Of a DNA stretch of 64,000 bases, positions 1-14,164 are shown piece after piece. The DNA comes from Octopus vulgaris (lineage: Eukaryota). Position 1 is the first letter of the stretch. The number at the start of each line of letters is the position of its first letter. The stretch lies in contig OX597821.1 of the NCBI GenBank assembly GCA_951406725.2, positions 20,770,001 through 20,834,000 of the forward strand, read 5' to 3'. Under the pieces are notes generated by a model. That model was given only the letters and a program-made list of their open reading frames with translations. It ran no database searches and was not told the DNA's origin. The translations under genes and the position numbers were made by a program.

Positions 1-449
1 GCTTGTATATGCACACACACACAAATCCATATATCTGTGTGTGTGTATGTGTATGTGTGTGTGTGTGTGTGTGTGCATATATGTCTGTGTATGTGTCTTT
101 TTGTGTGCATGAAAACCCATGTTACTGTGAATAATGCGTATCTGAAAAACTACTGCAATATTCGGAAACGCGGTATACGAATATATAAACATAAAAATCA
201 TCAACTGATGCCTGGAATTTGACAAATACTAAATTTTTAATTTTCCGAAATTTAACACGGAAAAGAGCGTTTGAAGATCGATATAAATAAAAAAGGAAGT
301 AAATGAAATGGACTCAGTTTTATGTTGTACTAGTGAATCGATTGCATCAGCATATGCAAAAGAAAATTAAATGTTTTTATTATCTTTTTAAATAAAGTCA
401 AAGGGAAGCGAGTATCGATTTTTCTTCTCTTTTTTGTATGACCCTATAG

Positions 450-900
450 CAGCTGAATTCACTCTCAACTTGTCTTATGACTTGCGTTGCTCTTTCTAGA
501 TTCAAATCCGCATCCATTATCACCTGCTTTCCAACTTCGAAAATTCTAAAATTAGCATCTTGTTTCCTTTAATTGAGAATTTTTTCCCTTGCGTCTCTGT
601 TTCATCAGTTCTTTGTTGACCAATATTCTCATTATATATACGATTCTGCTCACATCATACGAATCAATTATTTCTCCAACATATAGCCGACCGTTCTACA
701 CTTTCCCAAGTGTAAACGAAATTGAAATATTTTCACTATAGCATCTGCTACATCAGTCTCCAGTCTGCTAGGTTCTCCTGCTGTAAGCTCTAATCTCGCT
801 TTGTTGATACATTCTGATGCTCATTTTGTACATCAATTTTTTTCACAAACTCTCAAGATTAGGTACTTTCATCCAATTCCCTCGGCGAATGTTTGGCATG
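450..900 (-). mobile_element. Highly decayed Ty3/Gypsy gag-like fragment
   Basis: Minus strand reads QVIMDADLNLERATQVIRQVESE, resembling the L.L.KA....R..E motif of Gypsy gag; surrounding frames are broken. Confidence 0.35.
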
Positions 901-1040
901 AATAATTCGCCATGAATGTTGTTGTCCTCACCTGTTCATCTTTTTGCAAAAATTATTCTTTCTTGAGTAACATACAACCATGTCATTTAACGTAAGTCAC
1001 CAAAAATTATTTTATGACATTACTTTTTATCTTTTAACTC

Positions 1041-1374
1041 TACCTGTTTCAGTTATTAGACTGCTGCCATGCTGGAGCATCGCTTTGAAGACCTGTTTAG
1101 TCGAATATATCGAGTCCATTATTTATTTTTTTTAAACCTAGTACTTATTCTACCGGTCTCTGCCGAACCGCTAAGTTACAGCCTAAACAGACACACACGC
1201 ACAAATATATGTATGCATACATATGTACGACGGGCTTCTTTCAGATTCCGTCTGTCAAATCCACTCACAATCTTTTGGGTGTTCCGAGGATATAGTAGAA
1301 GACACTTGCCCAAGGGGACATGCAACCATGTAGTTGAGAAGCAAGCTTCTTACCACGCACCAACATCTACACCT
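1041..1374 (-). mobile_element. tRNA-derived SINE family A, degenerate copy
   Basis: Reverse-complement match to the full copy at 24449-24880 (ccactcacaa, gacacttgcccaagg, gccatgctggagca). Confidence 0.85.
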
Positions 1375-2484
1375 ATATTCTTATATCACAGCTACGCCTC
1401 ATTAAATACGGTACATTTAATAAACTTATACAATATATATCTAATGATTTAAATTAGCTTCTCGACTTATCACACCTATAAGAATTTGTCTTATCTTCAA
1501 ATTGCAATATTTTTAACCGAAGTTCTTTTGTGGAATTAATAAAACTTGCTTCTTTGAATTTATGCAGGAATCTTTCAGAGCAATTGGGTATTTTGATTTA
1601 TCGATTTACAGAGATTTTAATCTGAAGGCACAAGCATCATTTCAGTACAATATGTGATACATTAGATGATAATTAATCCCGCTTCAAGAGCAATTCCTTT
1701 GCGGCACTATTTAAAACTTATTCATAATCATCACTGCATCCGCTATAATTTTTCTTCGGCAATGTATCCGGCTAACGGGATATCGTCTGTATACTGAATT
1801 TCCACTGCAAATTTAATTTTATGAATTATGTAGAAGTTTCTAAACAGGTAGAAACCTTTCGACGTTTCCAAAAGATGCCCTCAGATTTCTAAGCAGAATT
1901 TTGTTGCCTAACCTTTCTTAGGTCTGATAAGATCTGATTTTATGAGAGTGATAATTATTGGATACGCACGCACACACACAGACACATACACACTCTTACC
2001 TCATATCTTCACCATAAACCGACACCGCACACACTAGCACTAACCACTTTACAGAATCTACACTACACACCACCACAGCATATCAAGCCACACAACACCA
2101 CATTACACCAGTTCGCACACCATAGCACTGACCAACACCCAGCAACCACATCATCATCCACACACCCACACATTACAGACGCACATGATTACAGACGCAC
2201 ACACCCACATGTGAAGGTCACCAGACACTATCCACACGCACACACACACTCTCATATACACACGCACGTGCACCTTCGTTTTAGGAACACAAGTACTTTA
2301 TAATCTCCCGTATCTAAGCAACTCTGTTCAGCCCGCCGCCATGATTGACCACGAGCCGCCAAAGTTTTTGTTTTTCAATGTTTAATTTCTCGTCTTCCTT
2401 TCTGTTGAAGACCGTAAGCACGAAACGTGTAATACTTTCTCACCTTCCCGAGCGTTAAACTAATACACCTGTTTGCTGTATATA

Positions 2485-2576
<92 letters not shown>

Positions 2577-2626
2577 CATTTATCTATGTATCTATCTATC
2601 TATCTATCTATCTATATATATATATA

Positions 2627-3485
2627 TACTAAGCAATTAAGGGTTTACCAACGAATTGCCTTACCGCACACCGAATTTAGAAATAGCAGTCAAAGAGATT
2701 ATAGCTATTTCTTCTACTAAAAGGGGAGATCACAGTAAAGACACAGCATTTGGTGTGCGGTAAGGCAATTCGTTGCTAAACCCTTAATTGCTTAGTATTA
2801 CTTAAATTTTCCTCGAATGAGGCTTTTACATGCCGAAGACTACTTGGTGTAATTGATAATTATTCAAAATTAATTAATTTCACCCTTCATTGTTACTGAT
2901 AACCATATTCATCCCAGTAAATGACCACAGCACTTTGTCTTGGCTACACGCGGGTGGGAAGGGACTGGTGACACAAGCTTTCATTCACACTTTGAATTTG
3001 GTGATACTAGCTGTGGCTTCTAGCTCGCTCTGATACTGAGTTGAGTTGCTGCCTTCTAGTATCTCAAAATTCAATATACAATCATTCATGATTGTTTGTA
3101 TCCTGCGCTGATGAGAGAAGAAGTCTGGGTAAGGTAGAATTATCTAATTCTTATGCTTTCCTAAGACTTGATCTCGAAACGTACGTCCGTAGGTGACTTA
3201 AAACTGTATGATAGATTGCCGTTAATTCATTCTCTCTTACCTGTTTGTGTTTGCCTTTCAAATGCTGTGTCTTTACTGTGATCTCCCTTTTGGTAGAAGA
3301 AATAGCTATAATCTCTTTGACTGCTATTTCTAAATTCGGTGTGCGGTAAGGTAATTCGTTGCTAAACCCTTAATTGCTTAGTATTACTTAAATTTTCCTC
3401 GAATGAGGCTTTTACATGCCGAAGACTACTTGGTGTAATTGATAATTATTCCGAATTAATTAATTTCACCCTTCATTGTTACTGA

Positions 3486-3489
<4 letters not shown>
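2627..3489 (+). mobile_element. Non-autonomous Penelope-like/retrozyme element: inverted 5' segment plus partial tandem of a 586-nt unit carrying a hammerhead ribozyme
   Basis: 2752-2903 and 3338-3489 are 152-bp direct repeats (about 3 mismatches). 2627-2752 is the reverse complement of 3259-3383. Flanked by (TA)n on both sides; no ORF in the track; HHR inside. Confidence 0.8.
3102..3193 (+). ncRNA. Type I hammerhead ribozyme, intact core
   Basis: Stem I CCUGCG/CGUAGG; CUGAUGA 3108-3114; stem II GAGA/UCUC extended by AAGUCU/AGACUU and GAAUUA/UAAUUC; GAAA; palindromic stem III ACGUACGU; GUC triplet, cleavage predicted after 3187. Confidence 0.88.
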
Positions 3490-3521
<32 letters not shown>

Positions 3522-3742
3522 CATATATATACATACATATATATATATACGTATGTATATATATATACGTGAATATATATGTATTTATATATGTATCGAT
3601 ATATGTATATATGTATATATATATATTAGAAGATTTGGAGATGATGTACAGCATTTTATATTAGAAGAAATGAGGTACTCAAAAATTCGGATGGTTTTAT
3701 ATTTACAGATATTTATTTGTATATTACATGTTTTTATACATC

Positions 3743-3846
<104 letters not shown>

Positions 3847-3900
3847 GATATATACATACGTATCCATATATATGCACAAGGATTTATATCTATATAACTA

Positions 3901-3956
<56 letters not shown>

Positions 3957-4046
3957 GATAGATATAGATATATATGTATGTATACATATATATACATACG
4001 TGTAGATACATGAACATATACGTACTCGTATGTATATATGCATATA

Positions 4047-4084
<38 letters not shown>

Positions 4085-4399
4085 TATATACGGATTCATG
4101 TACGTACATATATTAGATATATGTATGTATATTATGTATATAATATTTACATATACATATGTATATCTATATACATATATATATGTATATATAGATGCAT
4201 GTATATAAAAGTGTGTATATATATATATATGTATATATATACATATATGTATGTGTGTATGTGTATATGTATATATATATATATATATATACATATGTAT
4301 GTGTGTATGTATATATATGTCTGTATATGTATATATACATGTATATATATATATATATATATAAATATATGTATATGTATATATGTATGTATATATTTA

Positions 4400-5370
4400 G
4401 GGGTGGGGGGGGCGAATAAATATTCGTACTGTCAAAATTCTTTATCTTTATTTATCAGAAATGATTTCTGATTTAATACTTCATAGCATAACCATTATTC
4501 AGTTCCACTTCAACCAATCTCTTCTTGTAGATCTTAATCAATGACTTGCATGTTTCTTTCGGAACTTTTTCCCATTCTTCTGGACAAATTGTCTTCAAAT
4601 CTGGAATGTACGTTGAGGCTCTTGAATGAATTTTAATTTTCAAATAACGCCACAAATTTTCAATGGGGTTCAAGTCAGGTGACATGGCCATTTTAATAAT
4701 CTTATATTTTGATCGACAATCCATTTTTTGGTAGATTTCGCCATGTGCTAAGGATCTTTATCTTGTTGTAAAACCCACCCTTCACAAATCTGGAGCTTTT
4801 CTAAAGAGTCCCATAAATCATTGTTCAAAATAATTTGGTACATCTCTGCATTCATTCTACCATATATCACATGTAAATTGCCCGTATCGTTTGCAGAGAA
4901 ACACCCCCACACCATGATGTTGCCGCCTCCAAACTTTACGGTAGGAATTGTGTTTTTCGGCGAATAGAACTTTTTTCCAGAATGTATCAAATCTATCTTT
5001 ATGTTCATAAACAAATTTTAAATGGGCATCTCTATGCCTTTTAGTCAACAGCGGAGTTTTTCTAGGAGAGCATGACTTCAGTTCATTCCTATGAAGTTCA
5101 TTGTTGATTGTTCGTAGTGTATCACTGGTCCCTGAAGCTAACAGATCTTCTTGCAACTCCTTTTTGATGATCATTGCGTTTTGTCCGATTCTTCGCTTCA
5201 TTTTTCTTAAAGATCTAGGGGAAATCTTGCGTGATGCACCGGATCTTATTCTGTTTTCAACAGTTCCCGATTTTTTTGGTATCATTGAATAAATGAAGAT
5301 ATGGTAGAAAATGGAATACAAAGGGTCTCTGATATTTTCCTGTAACTTTTACCTGCTTTCCACTGTTCAA
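4400..5370 (-). mobile_element. Tc1-family (DD34E) transposase pseudogene
   Basis: Three frameshifted ORFs: [55 protein letters not shown]. The segment holding the first catalytic Asp is deleted near 4965. Confidence 0.92.
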
Positions 5371-5376
5371 AAATTT

Positions 5377-5422
<46 letters not shown>

Positions 5423-5871
5423 ATGTATATACATATATATATAAGACCTAATTTATACTTATATTTATACTTACTTGTATTTATATTCTCTTTTATATAT
5501 ATTCTACTTATTATACAACATTACTCTTTTATGTACACTTTTTTATGTACATTCCTTTATGAACACTGATTTGTTCTGCTTTTTATATTTAACCCTACAG
5601 TCTCTTATGTGGTGGTTTAATAAAGTATGTGATTGAGTATTATCTGGTAATTGATATTTGATTTAGATGTATTTCTCCATTTTCTTATCTTTTATATATA
5701 TATATATATATATACTACTAATATAGGATGAAGTTTTTTTCTCTACGGAAAAGAATTCCATCAGGAAATGTGGCAGCATATTAAAATACTTTTACGGTTA
5801 TAATTATAAACAACTTATAAGAAAGGGCTAAAGAAAATTATTTCAAAGAAGTTATATATATATATATATGT

Positions 5872-5924
<53 letters not shown>

Positions 5925-5926
<2 letters not shown>

Positions 5927-6130
5927 GAGCGTAAAGGAATTTTGTTAACATCTTCGTTCGACTCCTTTCTTTCATTTATTCATATACAACACACACATTT
6001 CTGCACATGAACCCGGAGTTTCTACCATTGGACAGGTCGCTTCAGCCGTGTTTCTGACGTGAATTTGCTACCCTGGTTTCGGTTCAACGAATTTTCCATG
6101 CTCACGATAAACATAGGATAATTCATTCAC

Positions 6131-6136
<6 letters not shown>
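5925..6136 (+). mobile_element. 3' part of the HHR element family seen at 41762-42100, without the ribozyme
   Basis: Shares aaaggaattttgt..atcttcgttc, tttgctaccc.gg and gataattcatt with the minus strand of 41762-41965; bounded by (TG)n and (TA)n. Confidence 0.65.
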
Positions 6137-6175
<39 letters not shown>

Positions 6176-6232
6176 CGTGTATTCAAAAGCATGTATCTCT
6201 CGCTCTTTCTTTCTTTCTATATTCTGCCTCTT

Positions 6233-6310
<78 letters not shown>

Positions 6311-6435
6311 CAAAAACTCACTTGGAAGAATGCGTGGCGTTCAATCATATAATAATATAAATAATATATTTAAGCATATATACGTACGTATATGTACATA
6401 CTTGCATGTATACGTATATAAATATATATATGCAT

Positions 6436-6962
6436 ATTAGGGCACAGGGCGTCATGAAACATGTACAACAAAAAATACAAAGGACGAGTACTATATGAAC
6501 TATCTTTTTGAAGAACGGAAATCACAAATGGAAAATAAGACAAACAACATAAAGAACGAGCCTTCATCAGTGTTTGGCTGTTTTTCTAGACTTGTATTTC
6601 GAGCATTTGAAGACAATATATGTTTTCGATAAAGATGTTGCTCCCGCAATTATTAAAATTTGGGAATTTGCGGAGGGTCGAAATTGGCAACACACGCAGG
6701 ACATTGCAAAGAAAATGGAGGGCTTCTCAGCCTAAACAAGGTTGTGGTGCCGAACGCGTAAATCTAGGTTGTACAGGAGACAGACAATAACACGTGTTCT
6801 TGTTCCAGCTACAACAGATAGAAAGAAAGGAACACAAGTTAAGAGAAGAAAGAAAGATGACCGTTGGTAATGTGGGAGCCAAGTGAGCAAGGGCGAAGGT
6901 GTGGGGGAAGCAGAGTCACTTAGTAAATAAATAGAATAGTGGGAGAAGAGGGGGTTAAAGAA
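6436..6962. repeat. (TA)n-embedded interspersed repeat of uncertain class, possibly a PLE terminus
   Basis: Higher-complexity island between (TA)n runs; contains CTGATGA on the minus strand but no completable hammerhead fold. Confidence 0.35.
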
Positions 6963-6972
6963 TATATATATG

Positions 6973-7016
<44 letters not shown>

Positions 7017-7127
7017 ATTTATATGCATATATGTATATATATATATATATGTGCATATATATGTATGTGTAAATGTATATATCTATATATATATGTATAT
7101 ATGTATATATCTATATATGTATGTGTT

Positions 7128-7210
<83 letters not shown>

Positions 7211-7582
7211 GCCAATCCTAAAACTTTCACTTTCTTCGTTTTCCTCTTCTTTTATATATTAGAGGAATGTATTCCTTTAAGATTCGTGATGATAAATTGA
7301 CCTACTTGTGGTATCCACTATCGTATGTGTCTGCTTGTGTACCTTCTTATGTATTTCTATCTATTTATTAATCAACCAATCCATTCGTCTGTCTCTCCCC
7401 CACTTCATATATATATTGGTACGTTCGTAAGAGTGAGTATGTGTATGCATCTGTATGAATCTGCCATTTGCTTCAGTAACAATGTAAAATACTAGACAGA
7501 CTTGCATACGCACGCATACTACTCACACACATATACAGAGATACACAAGTATACACACCCACACACACGCACAAATACATAC

Positions 7583-7643
<61 letters not shown>

Positions 7644-8501
7644 TTGATTTAAACTTATTCAACATGATGTACAATGATGAAATCAATGCTAAGCACATTA
7701 CTTCATTCAGTTCGCACTGATCTCGCTGATATTCACTCTGATATTTCCATTTGCATCATCAATAAACTATCGATATTTTAATAGCTTTTTTCTCTTGATG
7801 AAGTAATGTCTGGTTGGGTAAGTTGGCTGCAAAACCACATTCTCTGTTTCGAATGTAGATGCCCTCTGTTAGCAAGCGTAGAAAATGTATAATAAAACTA
7901 GGTAATGAAGCAATGAACGATATAACAGAAATGTTAGAGATTCGTAGAACGTATATATTTTCCAGTAATAGTTTTGGTACTTTACGTGTTGCGTTCAATA
8001 TTTACCGAGGGTTACTTTTCCCTTCAGTATTCCAGATTCGATAACCTAAAATAGTAAACGTGATTTAGGATCAATTCATTCGACTGAAAAGAGTGTGTAA
8101 CTAGCCTCGACAATTAAGGGACGACATTTGTGTATCCCTACCAAAATTAACGAAAATTAATCCGTTCTTAATGTCATACAAATCGATAAAAATACAACGC
8201 AAAAAATATACATGAGAGAGCATGCGACCCCAGATTTTGAAGGTTCAAAAAACTTGTGATCGATACAAGTGAATAGAACAAGATTATTATTGAAATGTGT
8301 TGGTGAGGTACTAGCTGTATATTACTCAGTATTTGTTCGTTTTATCTTGGTATTCAAGCATAATCCTCAAATGAAAACAATTATTCCCATCATTTTAGGG
8401 ACTATATTCATAAATAACAAGTTAGAACCGATTTCCATCCTACTACCACCACCATCAATAGAATTGTAGACAAAGGACTGAATAAGGTTTTAACACACAA
8501 A

Positions 8502-8565
<64 letters not shown>

Positions 8566-9659
8566 AATCATATATTTTATTGCAATCGAGTGTAAAAGGG
8601 CCTTTTGAACTGCTAGAAGGACCAGCAAAATCTGCTCCATTTATGCCCCAAGTCTTTCATTGTAGCCGTGGTTTTACTGAGTCGGAAATTACCTATTGAT
8701 CAGCAACAACATCTTATAAAGATAAAACATATATTTTAACAGATCACAGATATCATGTGGGTATACATACTTCAAAGAGTATCAAATGACAACGAACACA
8801 TTAGATAATAGTCCCATAAATGCTATATCTTGAGCAAAACCGCTTGATTACAGATGTGACTCCAATGGCCAGGAGTGTCTTGAACCAAGGCAAAACTGGG
8901 AAGAAAAAGCAACGATAATATCAACGTGCAATTTCCTATTACCCAATAAAACGTTAATATTTTATGGACTTTTTATTGTTTTTTTTATCTCAGTATGGCT
9001 TATGGTTATAAAAAAGAATGGAGCATATATATTCTATTCTCTGTAGAAAACAAAGCAAAATATTGTCTCTTATCTGAAATCAATATTGAACAATACAGAT
9101 GTAGGTCAATAAATATGTTTATTTTCACAAAAAATTTAAACGAACGAAATTCCAAGCAGGCATTTTACAATGATAAAAACATTATAGATGAATAAAATGA
9201 ATTATGATCTAATGAGTTCTATCAGTTGTTCTTTCAAATATGATTAACGTAAATTTAGGGCACATTTACGACCGTCTAAATATGTTTATCTTAAATTACA
9301 GATCAGTTATGACAGATAATATTATTAACTTTTTAGAGTGAAAAATCATGTCAGTCAAAATAGATTTTCGACAATCATTTATGAAGATAGTGCACTCTAT
9401 TTATACCTTACATCAAAGAACTGGTTTAGTTGAACTGACAACTGGGAGACAACAAAGTTATTTCGGTGGTTATATTAGTAACAACTGTGAGGCTCTGGTG
9501 TATTTTTACAGACTACAAGTTAGATATTGGAAATAGAATTTGTACACAAAAACCTGTGTGGGTGTGTGCGCGTGCGCGTGCATGAGTGCAGGCACATGTG
9601 TGTGTACATATATATATACATCGGTAAAATATAATTGTAAACGTATATATATCTATATA

Positions 9660-9718
<59 letters not shown>

Positions 9719-9721
<3 letters not shown>

Positions 9722-10045
9722 AAATTTAAAGGACTGACCACTAAAAGTGGACGGTCAAAATGCTAGATATAGACGTCAAAATCGCTATTTTCCACGAAGA
9801 ATCTGTTCTCAAGAAAAAAAAAACTCACCACAAAACCAAAGTGTAAAAAATAAGCAAGACAAATGAAAATATACGAAATAAAAACGATTAGCTATGTACC
9901 GATCAGTTTCACTTGTTAATATTCACGTATATGCATACGCGAAAATCTGCAAGCTCTATGCATGCGGGACTCCGGTCAAGCGTTATGTATCCAGTTCTGG
10001 AAATTATGTTTGTATACGACAGACCATGCTGATGAGCTTGCGCAA
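9719..10045 (-). mobile_element. PLE-like terminal element with decayed hammerhead (about 9891-9966)
   Basis: Minus strand: GCUUG..hairpin..CAAGU GAAAC UGAUCG GUA CAUAGC with a mutated CUGAUGA box. The tail 9719-9886 is homologous to 18972-19133. Confidence 0.6.
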
Positions 10046-10550
10046 ACCTCCCTTACATGAATCCGTACGTCACGTAAATCAAGGCATCATTTTCCCCCAA
10101 ATCCACCGCCAAGTTGTGTGAACATGGGCGAATAGCGAATAAGCAGGTGTATAGTTTTTACAAAACTGAGTCACAGTTCCAATCGTTCGGTAGAGTGTAA
10201 AATAAACCCTGCTGATATGCTTGCAGTAAGCGCTATGCACGAAATCTTGATTCGAATCATGAAAGCGCTGGTCTTAAATGTGACTGTGTGTCTGTGTGTG
10301 TATCTGTGTTTGTAAGAGTGTTCGTGTGTGTGTTTCTAATCTGGCAACTGCTAAACATTCTCAATGGGAATTATATTTCCCAAGCATTATACAAGGGCAT
10401 AAAAAACATAGATGAATCAAAACATTGGAGTAACATAAAAGCAGAATTTCTAAGAACTACGTCTTTGCACCGAAGAATGTATTCTAATATATTCTGGGGT
10501 AAATAGAAATTATTAATGGTAATGTGGAATATAAAACTTATTTTAAACTC

Positions 10551-10587
10551 AAATGATGATGATGGTGATAATGATTATGATGATGAA

Positions 10588-10647
<60 letters not shown>

Positions 10648-10651
10648 AATT

Positions 10652-10693
<42 letters not shown>

Positions 10694-10770
10694 TTGATGA
10701 TGACTATCATAATAATGATAATAGTAATAATAGTAAAAATAATGAAAACAACAGCAATAATAATAATAAT
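10551..10770. repeat. (GAT)n/(AAT)n microsatellite
   Basis: Directly visible; source of the poly-D/M/I ORFs. Confidence 0.95.
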
Positions 10771-11574
10771 ATAGCAGTCTTTAGATTTTGTTTTTGTTTT
10801 TTTCTTTAAGATCAATGTCAGATAATTATCGAGAGATGTTTTATTCCCTGACTGTCACATGAATCAGAAAATGTGAGCATCTTTGATCGAAGGTATACAA
10901 TCACCTCAAAAGTTGACTGAATAAAACAGTTCTATAATCTTCACTAAACTACACAGAAAAAAAATTATTATTCATTATTCTTATTAATGTAGTTGTTGTT
11001 GTTGTTAATGTTATAGTTGTGTTTTTCTCTTCAGCTGTTAGCCCTTCGATTTTACTCTGCTCAGTCTTCTTCTTTTTCGTCGTCGTCGTCCTCCTCCTCT
11101 TCTTCATCTTCTTCTTCCTTTTCTTATTTCATTCTTCATCTCCATATTTTTCTTCTACTATTTCTATTCTTCTATTTGCTCTTCTTTCTTTCTTTCGGGT
11201 TGAATTGCTTCGATATTTATCGAAATTCCTCTCCCAGTTATTCTCAGCCGAGGTTACGATGCAGATATGAACGCTAACCAAGAAAATAGCGAAACTTGAG
11301 TCGAAAGAACAGGAGAGAGAATGAAGTGTAAAAATAAGGAGTATTACTTTTGTTCAGCGAATGGAAACTGTGGCTGGAGCTGTCGGATAATCCTTTAGTT
11401 GGAGACCAAATGACAAAGACAGAATACTAGGTATGGCAACAGGAAAGACAGGGTTACAATCTCTTTTGTTTCCTGCAGCAGATACTCCAAGTGGAAGTTG
11501 TCTATGGCATACAAAACAATTAGTATGCAGTATACCGAAGCATATATACAAACACGCACACGCACACAGCAGTG

Positions 11575-11990
11575 ATGTTCCTACGTTCCAGGAGCGCGAC
11601 ATGAATCAACTTCGTTGAACTTGATTCTCTCTGGGAAGACTTGACAATTCTAACTAGTTAAAAGGATTGCAATCATCAGAATTTGGTCGGAGAGGCAGTT
11701 ATCAAGGGATGGCATTCGGTTTCACTCTCAATAGAATTCGCTGCCGTGGGATTTTTAGTTGGAGCGGTGCGAGATTTCTTGCAATAAATTAATCTGAAAC
11801 CAAGGTAACTAAACAAAGTGGTGGATTAGATAAACATCATTAGTGAAAACCAGATCAAGTAGGCTGTGGATTACAAGATCTATCGCTCCACACTCAAGCA
11901 GAACGTAAATATTTATATGCAAAATATTTGCATCCTTGAGATTGATGATGCAAAGGGTTACCGACATTGCAATGTACGATCAACAAGCAA
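11575..11990 (-). mobile_element. Decayed CR1-like LINE 3' end
   Basis: Minus strand ends QVFPERIKF.., similar to the WN.LP..VFP C-terminus of CR1 ORF2; heavily disrupted. Confidence 0.4.
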
Positions 11991-12348
11991 TTAAAACAAA
12001 TATCCCGTGTTTCTATAGTCTCTAATGATATACAGTACTAGATTTTCACATGATTAAATGTATTAAACAGACATAACACAATTATGTAAAGAGAAATGAC
12101 TCCCGGATAAATTCTTAAAAATAAGTGCTTAACAATAAATGCTTAAAAATAAATGAAGTAGTATCCTAAGAAAAAACTGATATAAATATATATACATATA
12201 TGAATATATATATATATATATAACTTTTTCAAAAAAGTCCCTACCGATAGTGGTTTTATTTCCATACCGAAATCTACCCTGAAATAATTGTTGGTATTTT
12301 AAAAATGAATAATTATTTACGCTTATAGTATTTATATATATGTATATA

Positions 12349-12422
<74 letters not shown>

Positions 12423-12453
12423 TGTATGTATGTATGTATGTATATATATATAT

Positions 12454-12500
<47 letters not shown>

Positions 12501-12683
12501 AATGAATATATTATTGAATGTATTGAATGTATTGATTTGATATGCTGCAGTAAATATTACATGCGGTATTCACTTCCACTTAGCATTTACTTTCGGCGGG
12601 AATTTTGTAAATACAACCAGAATGTAATTGGTCAGACCATGGGAGAATCGTCACTTGTAATGGTCTGATCAAGTATATCGACA

Positions 12684-12760
12684 AATGTTGCTGACGAATC
12701 ATAGACAATTATGTAAGTAGAATCTGCATTTTGTTGATGAGGAAACATATGTACAACATT
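12684..12760 (+). ncRNA. Type I hammerhead ribozyme, near-intact, in a (TA)n-flanked island 12496-12905
   Basis: Stem I AAUGUUG/CAACAUU (7 bp); CUGACGA 12691-12697; stem II UCAU/AUGA extended by ACAA/UUGU (first pair is an A.G mismatch); GAAAC-AUAU-GUA; cleavage predicted after 12753. Confidence 0.78.
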
Positions 12761-12911
12761 AATCCATTATTTAGTTGTAATTTAATTTCATAGCGTTGAC
12801 TGTGGTGCTATTTCTGTATGGAATTATAATCGGCGACTTTGACCGGTGGGTCTATGTCTAGCTCATAGAGTCAACATACTCATAGTTGGCTCTCTAATAT
12901 TTACGTATATA

Positions 12912-13001
<90 letters not shown>

Positions 13002-13660
13002 GTAGATGTACATTTATTTATAAAGAAAATAACGTATAAGTTATATAGCTAATGTTTTCTTATACATAATAGAAAACGATGGGAGTTTTTATCCATATTC
13101 CTATTAGTATTTGAATACCTAAGTGTATTCAAATACATTTTATGACAACATACTCTATATTTCTATCCCTTCATCTCAACCTTAGCCAGAATAACCCCCA
13201 TTGTAAATGTAATTAATTCTATACGATTACAATTATATAACTTCACAACCTATATAATTATATCACATAAGGTTCATTATCTTCTCTAAGCTCTACCTCT
13301 GTCCTAACATATATACCTTCTGTTTCTCTCTATAATTAAATATAACCATAACCTTATTTCAAATGTCTTAATATCTCTCTGTATCCCAACATTAGAACGC
13401 AATATGCAGTTACCCTCCTTCATTTGTAGCCCATAAGTCTGAAAATATTGTCATTCATTCTTTTTCACCTTTGCTTTTCTATTACTTGTAAACTGAAAAT
13501 TTTAAGTTAGATCTATCCATAACGGAATGACATTTCCTAAATCTTACTTTAGTGCATAATTTCTCTCAATATTTTAATACGGTTACCTCCCCCCGCTTGT
13601 GTCCAGCAGTGTTTAATTTCCATTCATTGCTTCATCCTTTATTTCTCCCATTCAGATAAT

Positions 13661-13691
<31 letters not shown>

Positions 13692-13913
13692 CTGTGTGTG
13701 TGTATGTGTGTGTGTGTGTGTATACTATAACAATAATTGTAGGGAATATAACAAAATTTCTTCAATATGTTATTATTCTAAGTAATACTGTTAAATTTTA
13801 TTCTAGTATTTATTCTAGTTGAAACACGTATTTTTCTATATTTATTACTTAATTTATAAGTTAAGATACGTACATTTATTACATTATTTATATTGTTTTT
13901 ATTGTTTTTATTA

Positions 13914-14164
<251 letters not shown>

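Noticed and set aside
137-179. Hammerhead-like CGUAU-CUGAAAA..GAAAC-GCG-GU-AUACG
   Set aside because: Essential G8 is mutated, the cleavage nucleotide is missing and stem II does not pair; at most a dead relic.
2398-2435. UUGAAGA-CCGUAAGCAC-GAAACGU motif in a probable repeat terminus
   Set aside because: Stems I and II cannot be paired convincingly in this copy.
6555-6610. CTGATGA (minus strand) with an upstream CGAAA
   Set aside because: No consistent stems for any hammerhead topology.
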